A stretch of DNA of 64,000 bases from a virus, in IMG/VR virus record IMGVR_UViG_3300044960_000113, positions 64,001 through 128,000 of that record. One strand, given 5' to 3'. The position numbers and the translations under genes were made by a program. Position 1 is the first letter of the stretch. Each line of letters begins with the position of its first letter. Below, piece after piece: positions 51,235 through 58,781 of the stretch. The notes under the pieces are model-generated. The model was not told where the DNA came from. It did no database searches and saw only the letters and a program-made list of their open reading frames with translations.

Positions 51235-51323
51235 TTACTTTTCCTCTTTTATATACCTTTTCTATATTAAAAATATTATAACATATTTTTTATTTTTTTT
51301 AACAAAAAATATCCTATTTTTAT

Positions 51324-51731
51324 TTATAACATCCTTCCAAAAGTTATGTGAAATGGATAGTTACCAATAAATCCTAATTCTTTTCTTATTTCTTCTAATT
51401 TTTTAGATCTAACTGGTAATACCCAAAATTTCCAATGTTGCTCAACATTTACAGAATATTCAAAATCTATCTTTTGTCTATCATATTTTTTCCAAAATTT
51501 TCTAAATTCTGGTTTAACGGCTTTTCTACCATCTAAAATTGTAATATGTGGTTTCCATGCAGTTGGTTGTAGTCTTAAACCAAATCTTTTAAATACTAAA
51601 TATCTATAAAATGCTGCTAGACCATAATCAACTTCACAAATTAACCACCATTCTTCTTCTCGTCGTGTCTTTTTAATTTCTGGGCGTTTAGGATTATAAA
51701 TCATCATTCCTTTATATTTTACCCAAGTCAT
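51324..51731 (-). CDS. 2H phosphoesterase-family protein
   Basis: Two HxT motifs (KPHITI, FHITF); start moved to MTWVKY because the track start overlaps the tRNA. Confidence 0.65.
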   Translation of the reverse strand: MTWVKYKGMMIYNPKRPEIKKTRREEEWWLICEVDYGLAAFYRYLVFKRFGLRLQPTAWKPHITILDGRKAVKPEFRKFWKKYDRQKIDFEYSVNVEQHWKFWVLPVRSKKLEEIRKELGFIGNYPFHITFGRML

Positions 51732-51746
51732 AACAATTCTCCTATA

Positions 51747-51821
51747 TGGTGCCCCCAACTAGAATTGCACTAGTAACTGCGGGTTACGAATCCGCTATTA
51801 TGCTAATTTAACTATAAGGGC
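51747..51821 (-). tRNA. tRNA-Thr(CGU)
   Basis: GCCCTTA...GCGGA TT CGT AA CCCGC...GGGGGC A CCA; non-canonical T-loop TGCAATT. Confidence 0.8.
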
Positions 51822-51872
51822 ATAATTTTAAAGTGAAATTATACAATATTTATAACTAAAAATAAATAGAAA

Positions 51873-51893
51873 TGGGGTAACCAGGTTACCCCA
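51873..51893 (-). terminator. Hairpin after the TROVE gene
   Basis: TGGGGTAACC-A-GGTTACCCCA. Confidence 0.7.
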
Positions 51894-51914
51894 ATATTTT
51901 GATATAAGATCTTC

Positions 51915-53375
51915 TTAAACAGTAATAGCTTTATATCTATCACTATTAAGAACTTCTAACATCATTTCATATGCATCTAATATTTTTCCAGACATTAAAT
52001 TTTTGAAAATGCTTGGGCTACAACCCGAAACGTTTAAGAATCCACGATCATCCATACACATTGGAAATTGTTTGTTTCTTGATGCAACGTTCCAAAATAC
52101 TAGAAGTGGCATTTCATAACCTTTTTCATCCCATTCTTTTTTGATAACATTAAACAATGTATCGCTATTATTATAAGCACAAGCATCAAATTCCATATCT
52201 GAAATAACATAAATCTTTTTAATCATATCTTCAGATTTAATGTTGTTTTTAATTGCAACATTAAGAATAGTATCAAATACTTTCTTAATGTCGGTATTCA
52301 TATCCCATTTTGCACGAGATAAATTTTGGTATTTTTCATAAATATCACGACCCTTAACTTCCTGAAGTTGTGGATTCAATGAAAATGTTAAAAACTTATT
52401 ATGGAATGGTCCAGTGTTTCGTTCTGCTGTATAAATACCAAGAGAAATAGAAACATGCAATGGTAAACCTGACATTGAACCTGAAACGTCACACACACAA
52501 ATACTATTCTCGCCCTTAGCAATATAGTCAGGTTGATTGTTCCACATAGTGTCAAGAGTTTTACGCTCTGATTCAGTAATCATGATATTTGAACAATTAC
52601 GAACAATTTCATATGGGAATTGAGTCGATGCGTTAATTTTTGTTTCACCATTATTGACTTTATTTAAATATTCAATATAACGAACATTATCATGTCTAAT
52701 GAATGCTTTACGATATTTAAGATTTGCTTGTGATGGAACATGTTCATAAACAACTTTATCCCATTGATTAGATGATAAAGTACGTTCTAACACATCAATT
52801 TTTTTACGAAGTAATGAAAGACCACGACGATATGTTTTTGGTGAAATTCCAAAAGCTTCACGAGTTTTACGTGCAAGTTCTCTCGATTTTGGTGATGATG
52901 TGTTTTCTGATTTTAACCATTTAGCTAAAATAGATGGTTTATCACTTTCTAAATCTTTGATAAATTGTTCACGCATCAATTTTAATGCGTCACTTTCAAC
53001 ACTAGTACCAACTAACGCATATAAGTCATCCCATCTTCCATATTCTGGAATAAGATGAAGATTTCTACGAACTGTGTGTGGAGCAATATTAGCTAGATCG
53101 CGTAAAAACACTCTAAATGTTTCACGCTCACCTTGTCCACCACGAACATCGCGGAAATAAAATAAGGTTTTGACTGTTAGTAATGGATCTTCATTATAAG
53201 CATCTAAGAAAAGATCGTGTGCATTTTCAGCACCTCTTCCGGTTCTAAGTGCACCAGCTTGGCTAAATAAATCTAAAACTCGTGAATTTGTAGATTTATT
53301 TGAAATTGCACCATTTTCTGTGAATGCAGTTTTATTGAAATGATTTTCTAAAGCTTGAGCGATTGTGACTGTCAT
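51915..53375 (-). CDS. TROVE-like/vWA protein (DUF2828 family, Ro60-related)
   Basis: TENGA, RDVRGGQGER, YGRWDDL, AKWL, QFPYEI, CDVSGSM, ISDMEFD, FWNV; ATG at 53375 with GGAGG. Confidence 0.85.
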   Translation of the reverse strand: MTVTIAQALENHFNKTAFTENGAISNKSTNSRVLDLFSQAGALRTGRGAENAHDLFLDAYNEDPLLTVKTLFYFRDVRGGQGERETFRVFLRDLANIAPHTVRRNLHLIPEYGRWDDLYALVGTSVESDALKLMREQFIKDLESDKPSILAKWLKSENTSSPKSRELARKTREAFGISPKTYRRGLSLLRKKIDVLERTLSSNQWDKVVYEHVPSQANLKYRKAFIRHDNVRYIEYLNKVNNGETKINASTQFPYEIVRNCSNIMITESERKTLDTMWNNQPDYIAKGENSICVCDVSGSMSGLPLHVSISLGIYTAERNTGPFHNKFLTFSLNPQLQEVKGRDIYEKYQNLSRAKWDMNTDIKKVFDTILNVAIKNNIKSEDMIKKIYVISDMEFDACAYNNSDTLFNVIKKEWDEKGYEMPLLVFWNVASRNKQFPMCMDDRGFLNVSGCSPSIFKNLMSGKILDAYEMMLEVLNSDRYKAITV

Positions 53376-53386
53376 AATGACCTCCA

Positions 53387-53426
53387 AGACATATTGTTTA
53401 AATAAAAAATTTTGCTGTTAATGTCT
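53387..53426 (-). ncRNA. ACAGCAA stem element 1 (abuts the RBS of the TROVE gene)
   Basis: AGACAT-TAACAGCAA...-ATGTCT followed immediately by TGGAGG. Confidence 0.7.
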
Positions 53427-53444
53427 TTTTTGAGAAGAATTAAC

Positions 53445-53493
53445 TAGACACATTTTAAGGTTATCATCCTCAAATAGTTGCTGTTAGTGTCTA
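53445..53493 (-). ncRNA. ACAGCAA stem element 2
   Basis: TAGACAC-TAACAGCAA...GAGG/CCTT hairpin...-GTGTCTA. Confidence 0.7.
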
Positions 53494-53502
53494 TATTTTT
53501 AT

Positions 53503-53531
53503 ATTATATATAAAGAAGTTTTTAAAGTAAA
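53503..53531 (-). promoter_or_regulatory. Promoter of the TROVE leader
   Basis: TTTACT-N17-TATAAT. Confidence 0.75.
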
Positions 53532-53552
53532 AGGTTAAAATATCCTAAATGT

Positions 53553-53738
53553 TTATTCTTCTTCGTCTTTAATTTTGATAGATTTTTTCTTACTTTCCTG
53601 TTCAGCAACTGCCATACCAATAATTAGACGCTTAATTTCACCACGTCGATGTGGGTCAATAATATTATCAAAATAACATTTGTAATGACCTGGAAGACGA
53701 AAGTTTGGCCCGGTAATTTTTTTACGTGGTTCTGACAT
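53553..53738 (-). CDS. Hypothetical protein
   Basis: ORF with AGGAG RBS. Confidence 0.6.
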   Translation of the reverse strand: MSEPRKKITGPNFRLPGHYKCYFDNIIDPHRRGEIKRLIIGMAVAEQESKKKSIKIKDEEE

Positions 53739-53978
53739 TAATTTTCTCCTGCTTATTAAAATTTTATGAAAATATTTTTAAATTTTAATTAATTTATTGA
53801 GAAAATTTTCTCTATAAAATCTATTTTGTAATTGTGAAAAGATATTTCTATTTTCTTTTGATAATAAGAGAAAACTAATATTGCGAAGACGATTAAATTC
53901 ATCTTTTAAAGCTAATTCATCCTCTTTAATGTTTTGTCGATTAATTAACATTATCTCTCAATATTTATAAAGTGAAAA

Positions 53979-54052
53979 TGGTTGCGATCGCCGGTTCTGC
54001 CCACGGCTCTCGTGGTTATGAGCCACGCGTGACACTAGTTCACTTCCTCGCA
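53979..54052 (-). tRNA. Degenerate tRNA(CAU), fMet-like
   Basis: CGTGG CT CAT AA CCACG arm; ...CGCAACCA end; two acceptor mismatches and an aberrant T-loop. Confidence 0.6.
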
Positions 54053-54056
54053 ATTT

Positions 54057-54151
54057 TGGTAGTCCCCCACGGTTACGATCCGTGCCGTTCCAGCCAATCT
54101 AGCCGGTCTCGCGAGTTTATAAGACTCGCCCGCTCACCAGAGCTGAGGACT
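54057..54151 (-). tRNA. Atypical tRNA with UAU anticodon, long variable arm and 4-nt D-loop
   Basis: AGTCCTC/GGGGACT A CCA; GCTC-TGGT-GAGC; GCGAGT-CTTATAA-ACTCGC; CCGGCT/GGCTGG variable stem; T-loop ATCGTAA. Confidence 0.75.
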
Positions 54152-54161
54152 ATCTTTTAAC

Positions 54162-54267
54162 AAGACACAAAACCGAAGGATCGGTTCCACTCCTCTCGTT
54201 ATAATCTACGATCGCCGAGATTGTCCAAACGGACACTCCATTATAAAAAATTTGCTGTATGTGTCTT
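54162..54267 (-). ncRNA. ACAGCAA stem element 3: 106-nt multi-hairpin RNA (Y-RNA-like candidate)
   Basis: AAGACAC-ATACAGCAA...three hairpins (TGTCC/GGACA, TCTCG/CGAGA, AACCGA/TCGGTT)...GTGTCTT. Confidence 0.7.
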
Positions 54268-54281
54268 TTTATTATTTATTA

Positions 54282-54389
54282 ATTATATATCAAATTTTAA
54301 TAAAAGTAAACAAAAATATCCTAAAAATTAAATATTTTGTTATATGAATTTTTATTTAAAATTATATATTAAATTTTATCAAAAATAAA
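54282..54389 (-). promoter_or_regulatory. Tandem promoters of the RNA cassette
   Basis: TTTACT-N17-TATAAT (54282-54310) and TTTATT-N17-TATAAT (54361-54389), each preceded by TTAGGATATTTTTG. Confidence 0.7.
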
Positions 54390-54407
54390 CAAAAATATCC
54401 TAATTTT

Positions 54408-55253
54408 TTAATCTAATAAAAACGTAGATAAATTAACATTCGGGTTCCACCATTCCGGTAAAAATCTTTTTGCTGGAACACCATTATCTAAAGAATCAAA
54501 AAAATCATTTATATATTGTTTAAGTTCATCACTATTTATTATGAGTGATTCATGGTCAAAATTTTGTTTTTGAAATAATGCGTGTTTAATATTTTCATTT
54601 GGATTGAACATATCCCTTGCTAAAATTTCAAAATCATTTATTGATTGTTCAATATTATCTTCATAACTTAAATTTAAAATTGTTCTATCTTGAAGATGTA
54701 ATTTTAATATATCAAAAATAACAATTCGTTGTAAACACCCATTAACTAAAATTCTATCATCTGGTAAAAACATAAAATTTTTATTTTTATTATTATTATT
54801 TTCTTCTAAAGATAGCGACCATTTTTTAGTTTTAAATCCAACAAGATATGAAGCAACTGATTTAAATATATTTTTACGATTCAAAAAAATAAATTGGTTG
54901 TTTTCATTTTTTAATAAACGTTTTGCAAAATCTGGGCATCTCATAATAAAATCACCGAAAAATTTTAACATAAAAGGTCTTCCAGGTAAATTATTTAACA
55001 ATTTTTCTCTTCTTAAAAATTCTTTATATTTATCTTCATATGTTTTTAAAAGTTTATACATTTTACCATCATGGTGATTTATACATATTGGTATATGTGT
55101 TTTTTGATCTTCTATAACTTCAGTGCCTAAATTTAAAAATTCAAATAAACTTATATAATTTGGTAAATTTTGTTTAATTATTTGATATGTAACAGTTGAT
55201 CCTGATCTAGGATAACAAACTAAAATAATATTTTTATTTTTATCAAACTCCAT
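54408..55253 (-). CDS. Sulfotransferase-family protein (Stf0-like)
   Basis: PAPS-binding loop CYPRSGST; LNRKNIFKSVAS; LSYED. Confidence 0.65.
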   Translation of the reverse strand: MEFDKNKNIILVCYPRSGSTVTYQIIKQNLPNYISLFEFLNLGTEVIEDQKTHIPICINHHDGKMYKLLKTYEDKYKEFLRREKLLNNLPGRPFMLKFFGDFIMRCPDFAKRLLKNENNQFIFLNRKNIFKSVASYLVGFKTKKWSLSLEENNNNKNKNFMFLPDDRILVNGCLQRIVIFDILKLHLQDRTILNLSYEDNIEQSINDFEILARDMFNPNENIKHALFQKQNFDHESLIINSDELKQYINDFFDSLDNGVPAKRFLPEWWNPNVNLSTFLLD

Positions 55254-55262
55254 AATTATTTC

Positions 55263-55886
55263 CTATTGCCCCATAATTGGTATTTTATTTAATTTTTTAA
55301 ATGCCCATTTTCTTTCAGAACAAAACCAACATTTATCACAATAACCAACAGTTTGTTCTGTACAAGAATGTGTATATTCTAATAAATATTCTACATTTTC
55401 TCTATAATATATATCAATAATATGATATTTAAAAATATCAATAAATGGTCTAGATATTTTATTTGGCAAAATGTTTCCTTTAATTCTAATAGGTCCGGAA
55501 AAATTTGTATCAAGATTTTCTAATGGTATTGAATTACCAGCTAAAAAAATAAAATCAACTATATTAGATTTAATAATTTTTTCTATTGTTAATGGTACTA
55601 TTTTATAATGGGGTGTTGATTTATCAATATCAATAGCTTCATGTTTTAAATTATTTAATCCCATTTTATCTAATACTCTATTGCTATTGATGATATTGTC
55701 ACCAATAACTTTGTTTATTGTAAATACTGTTAATGGATAATTTGGGAAATATTTTGTTAAGAGATGAAGTAATATTGTACTATCAGTACCACCACTGTGT
55801 AAAATTCCAATAGATTTTATATTATTTGGAATCTCTAATGTTATAGTTCGTTCATCATTGATTGGTCCACACTTTAATTCTATCAT
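55263..55886 (-). CDS. PP-loop ATPase (QueC-like)
   Basis: LHSGGTDS; HSC...CDKCWFCSER. Confidence 0.7.
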   Translation of the reverse strand: MIELKCGPINDERTITLEIPNNIKSIGILHSGGTDSTILLHLLTKYFPNYPLTVFTINKVIGDNIINSNRVLDKMGLNNLKHEAIDIDKSTPHYKIVPLTIEKIIKSNIVDFIFLAGNSIPLENLDTNFSGPIRIKGNILPNKISRPFIDIFKYHIIDIYYRENVEYLLEYTHSCTEQTVGYCDKCWFCSERKWAFKKLNKIPIMGQ

Positions 55887-55942
55887 TTTTATTTAAATAT
55901 TTAAAATTTTATTTATATTATATATAGAAAATACATTTTATT

Positions 55943-56015
55943 TGGAGCGGGAGAAGGGATTCGAACCCTCTTCATCAGCTTGGAAGGCTGAGTCCTCTCC
56001 CAGGAGAACTCCCGC
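55943..56015 (-). tRNA. tRNA-Gly(UCC)
   Basis: GCGGGAG...TCAGC CT TCC AA GCTGA...GGTTCGAATCC...CCCGC T CCA. Confidence 0.92.
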
Positions 56016-56024
56016 ATATATAGT

Positions 56025-56100
56025 TGGAGCGGCTAAGGAGATTCGAACTCCCGACATCTTGCTTGGCAAGCAAGTGCTCTACCAACTGAGCTATAGCCGC
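56025..56100 (-). tRNA. tRNA-Gly(GCC)
   Basis: Canonical cloverleaf, CTTGC TT GCC AA GCAAG, CCA encoded. Confidence 0.95.
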
Positions 56101-56112
56101 ATATTTTATTTT

Positions 56113-56188
56113 TGGTGGATGTGACAGGACTCGAACCCGCTACCCCCTGCGTGCAAAGCAGGTGCTCTCCCAGCTGAGCTACACACCC
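56113..56188 (-). tRNA. tRNA-Ala(UGC)
   Basis: Canonical cloverleaf, G3:U70, CCTGC TT TGC AC GCAGG. Confidence 0.95.
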
Positions 56189-56290
56189 ATAATACTTAAT
56201 TACTCCATTTGGATGTCGTAACGACATCCATAAAGTTGCTAAGAATTTTTAATTATTTGATATTATTTATAAAAAAATATAGTATAATTA

Positions 56291-56476
56291 TTATATCCAA
56301 TTTACTATATTTTTATAACTAGTTATAAATTTATCATTTAGTAAAGTTTTACATTCAATAAAATTATCATCTAACCAATTTTCAACATAGGCAAAAATAA
56401 TTTTATTATTAATTTCAACTTTTACTAATCCAGTTTTAAATGCATGTTCCATTAATTTAATGTCACCTTTTTCCAA
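56291..56476 (-). CDS. Hypothetical protein
   Basis: Short packed ORF; start uncertain. Confidence 0.4.
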   Translation of the reverse strand: MEKGDIKLMEHAFKTGLVKVEINNKIIFAYVENWLDDNFIECKTLLNDKFITSYKNIVNWI

Positions 56477-56652
56477 ACGTCAAAAGCTTTATAAAATTCT
56501 TGATCATTATTAAATTCAATTTTAACAACATCATCATTATGTGTTAAATAATCGTTAATATTCCAAATATCCCAATCATAAATTCCTTCAGAATTAAGAA
56601 GGTTTTGAAATCTATTAAAATATTCCTTTTTAATAACAAGGCCATATGCCAT
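56452..56652 (-). CDS. Hypothetical protein
   Basis: ORF with AGGAG RBS. Confidence 0.5.
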   Translation of the reverse strand: MAYGLVIKKEYFNRFQNLLNSEGIYDWDIWNINDYLTHNDDVVKIEFNNDQEFYKAFDVWKKVTLN

Positions 56653-56730
56653 TTTATTTATCTCCTTTTATTATTTCCAAATAATTTTTATTTGTTATTC
56701 ATCATATAATTTCTTTAGTTTATATTTATT

Positions 56731-57076
56731 TGGTGCCACCACCCGGAGTCGAACCGGGATGACCTAATTAGTCGACGGATTTTAAGCGGTTTTTTCCTAA
56801 CGTTTCCATTAGGCCCGGACTATCTCTTCACCTTTCATTTCTGTTAAGGTGATGGGCGTTCTAAGCTGGTTATTAAGAGGACTCAGAATCATTTTAAATA
56901 AGACTCTACCTCTCCAGTAGTCTCTACACCTTCAAATGATGTATCATTTGCTTGGCTCGCGATCGCCATTTTTAACAGGCTCTCCCGAATTAACCCATTG
57001 TTCACTTTGATATTTCTATCAAAGGCGGACTAGGTCGTTACCTTTCCGTTGCGTCTACCAATTCCGCCATGGTGGC
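56731..57076 (-). tRNA. tRNA-Leu(UAA) split by a group I intron (exon 1 57076-57045, exon 2 56786-56731)
   Basis: Joined exons give GCCACCA...ACGGA CT TAA AA TCCGT...long variable arm...GGTTCGACTCC...TGGTGGC A CCA (88 nt). Confidence 0.9.
56787..57044 (-). mobile_element. Group I intron, 258 nt, no ORF
   Basis: P element AATTCGGGAGAG, Q GGCGATCGCGAGCC, R GTAGAGACTA, S AAGAGATAGTCC; P3 ATGGGT/GCCCAT; GAAA-capped P2 and P9; P9.0 GG/CC then omega-G. Confidence 0.92.
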
Positions 57077-57161
57077 ATATGTATATATTATAAAAATTTT
57101 AAAGAACTATTAATTATAACTTTGTATTTATATTTTATTAAATATAATAATTAATTTCTTT

Positions 57162-57470
57162 CTAATGAATTACTTGTTGATTACTATATAACGTTAATAC
57201 TTCTTCCCAAAATTCTTTCATTTCGGGATTTTTTTCTATTGCTGTTAATAATAGAGGAATCCAATCTACAATTTCATCACTATATGAAATAATTAAATCT
57301 TTAATATGTGTTAAATCTGTCATCTCAAAAAGAATAATTTCTATCTGATCACCATTAATATCATTAATGAAACCTGTAACAATATCACTATCATCATTTT
57401 CAAATACAAGTTGTGCTGGTTTAATACCGTCTGGATCTTCTGCCTTAATTGTATATCGTTGTGTAATCAT
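57162..57470 (-). CDS. Hypothetical protein
   Basis: Packed ORF. Confidence 0.55.
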   Translation of the reverse strand: MITQRYTIKAEDPDGIKPAQLVFENDDSDIVTGFINDINGDQIEIILFEMTDLTHIKDLIISYSDEIVDWIPLLLTAIEKNPEMKEFWEEVLTLYSNQQVIH

Positions 57471-57494
57471 AATTATTTTTTAAAAATAAAACAA

Positions 57495-57701
57495 TTAATT
57501 AAATTCTTTATTAATATAATAATGTAACAATTTATCTTTAATCATTTCTGGAATACAAGAATATCCTTCTTCTAAATAAAATCGCGGTGAATCACCCCAT
57601 GCTCTATTTCTCAAAAAATTGGCAAATGCTAATCTATGACCTTGATTTTCGACATCAAATTGAATTTCAGGACGTGTTTTAAGAATATAAACTCTTTTCA
57701 T
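57495..57701 (-). CDS. Hypothetical protein
   Basis: Packed ORF. Confidence 0.55.
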   Translation of the reverse strand: MKRVYILKTRPEIQFDVENQGHRLAFANFLRNRAWGDSPRFYLEEGYSCIPEMIKDKLLHYYINKEFN

Positions 57702-57925
57702 TATGCAGTCCTTTCATAACTAAAGAACGTTCAAAATATTTCTTTTCTTGTTGAATATAATCTTTTTCTATTTTTGTATCTTTATTATTAATTATTAGTA
57801 CACATCCACTTAATAATAATGAAAATAATAAAAATAAAAAAATATTTCGAATAAACATTTTATTTATCTAAATTTTAAATTAATGTTGAAATTATATATC
57901 AAATATTAAAAAATGTAAATAAATC

Positions 57926-58741
57926 CTAGGAAATATTTAAAATTTCATTAGTATAACCAACTCTATACCATTTCATTTTATAATTTTTATTAATACTGTC
58001 TTTAGTATTATACATTATATCTCCAATATCAAGAAAAAGATTAGGATGTTTTGACCAAAAATTTTTAGAATAACCTTTATATGCTATTTTTAATAATCTA
58101 GCCGGTTTATCATTCATATCTCTATATAATTTTATCAACGCATCATAAATTTTATTAGGATAAAAATCTAAAAATTGTGTAGTTATTCTAGATTGAACAT
58201 CAATAATATTTCCATTAATTGTATTAAATGACATTGCACCATAATATGAACGATATACCTTTCTCTCAACAAAGTTTATTATTGATGGAAAGTTTTTTAT
58301 AGACAAGTTTGGCAATGTTTCCCACATCATAAATCTACCATCTTCATTTAAAGTTGCTTTTACACTTGCTGACCATAAAATTTCATTATTTAAAATTAGT
58401 GTATCTGTTCTAATATAATCTCCATTAAAATGAGAGAACCAAAAATATCCAGGTTTAAATTTTACATCATCTATAGATTTCCATATATCACAATCAAAAT
58501 AATCACAATCAATATTGTAAATAGGACGACTAAAAACAGGAAATGTTTGGGGAACAATTCCATGTGGAGCACATAAATATCCTAATGATTCACAAATATA
58601 AAGTCTGTTAAATAACCAATGTTGTTGTTGAAAATGATGATATACATCCAAATCATATAATGGAATTATAGTATTTGGTATTGATTTTTGATAATTTACA
58701 AACTTATTTAGTTCCCATTTACCAGGTGTTAAAAACGGCAT
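57926..58741 (-). CDS. Hypothetical protein, possibly ATP-grasp-like
   Basis: PVFSRPIYN, GYFW...F.GD...D pattern; weak resemblance only. Confidence 0.45.
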   Translation of the reverse strand: MPFLTPGKWELNKFVNYQKSIPNTIIPLYDLDVYHHFQQQHWLFNRLYICESLGYLCAPHGIVPQTFPVFSRPIYNIDCDYFDCDIWKSIDDVKFKPGYFWFSHFNGDYIRTDTLILNNEILWSASVKATLNEDGRFMMWETLPNLSIKNFPSIINFVERKVYRSYYGAMSFNTINGNIIDVQSRITTQFLDFYPNKIYDALIKLYRDMNDKPARLLKIAYKGYSKNFWSKHPNLFLDIGDIMYNTKDSINKNYKMKWYRVGYTNEILNIS

Positions 58742-58781
58742 GTTTATAAAATTTTAATATCATTATATTATAATGATATAT

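Noticed and set aside
56210-56230. Perfect hairpin TGGATGTCG-TAA-CGACATCCA in the tRNA-Ala leader, preceded by TAGCAA
   Set aside because: It lacks the AGACA/TGTCT closing stem and the exact ACAGCAA, so it was not counted as a fourth TROVE-type element; function unsupported.
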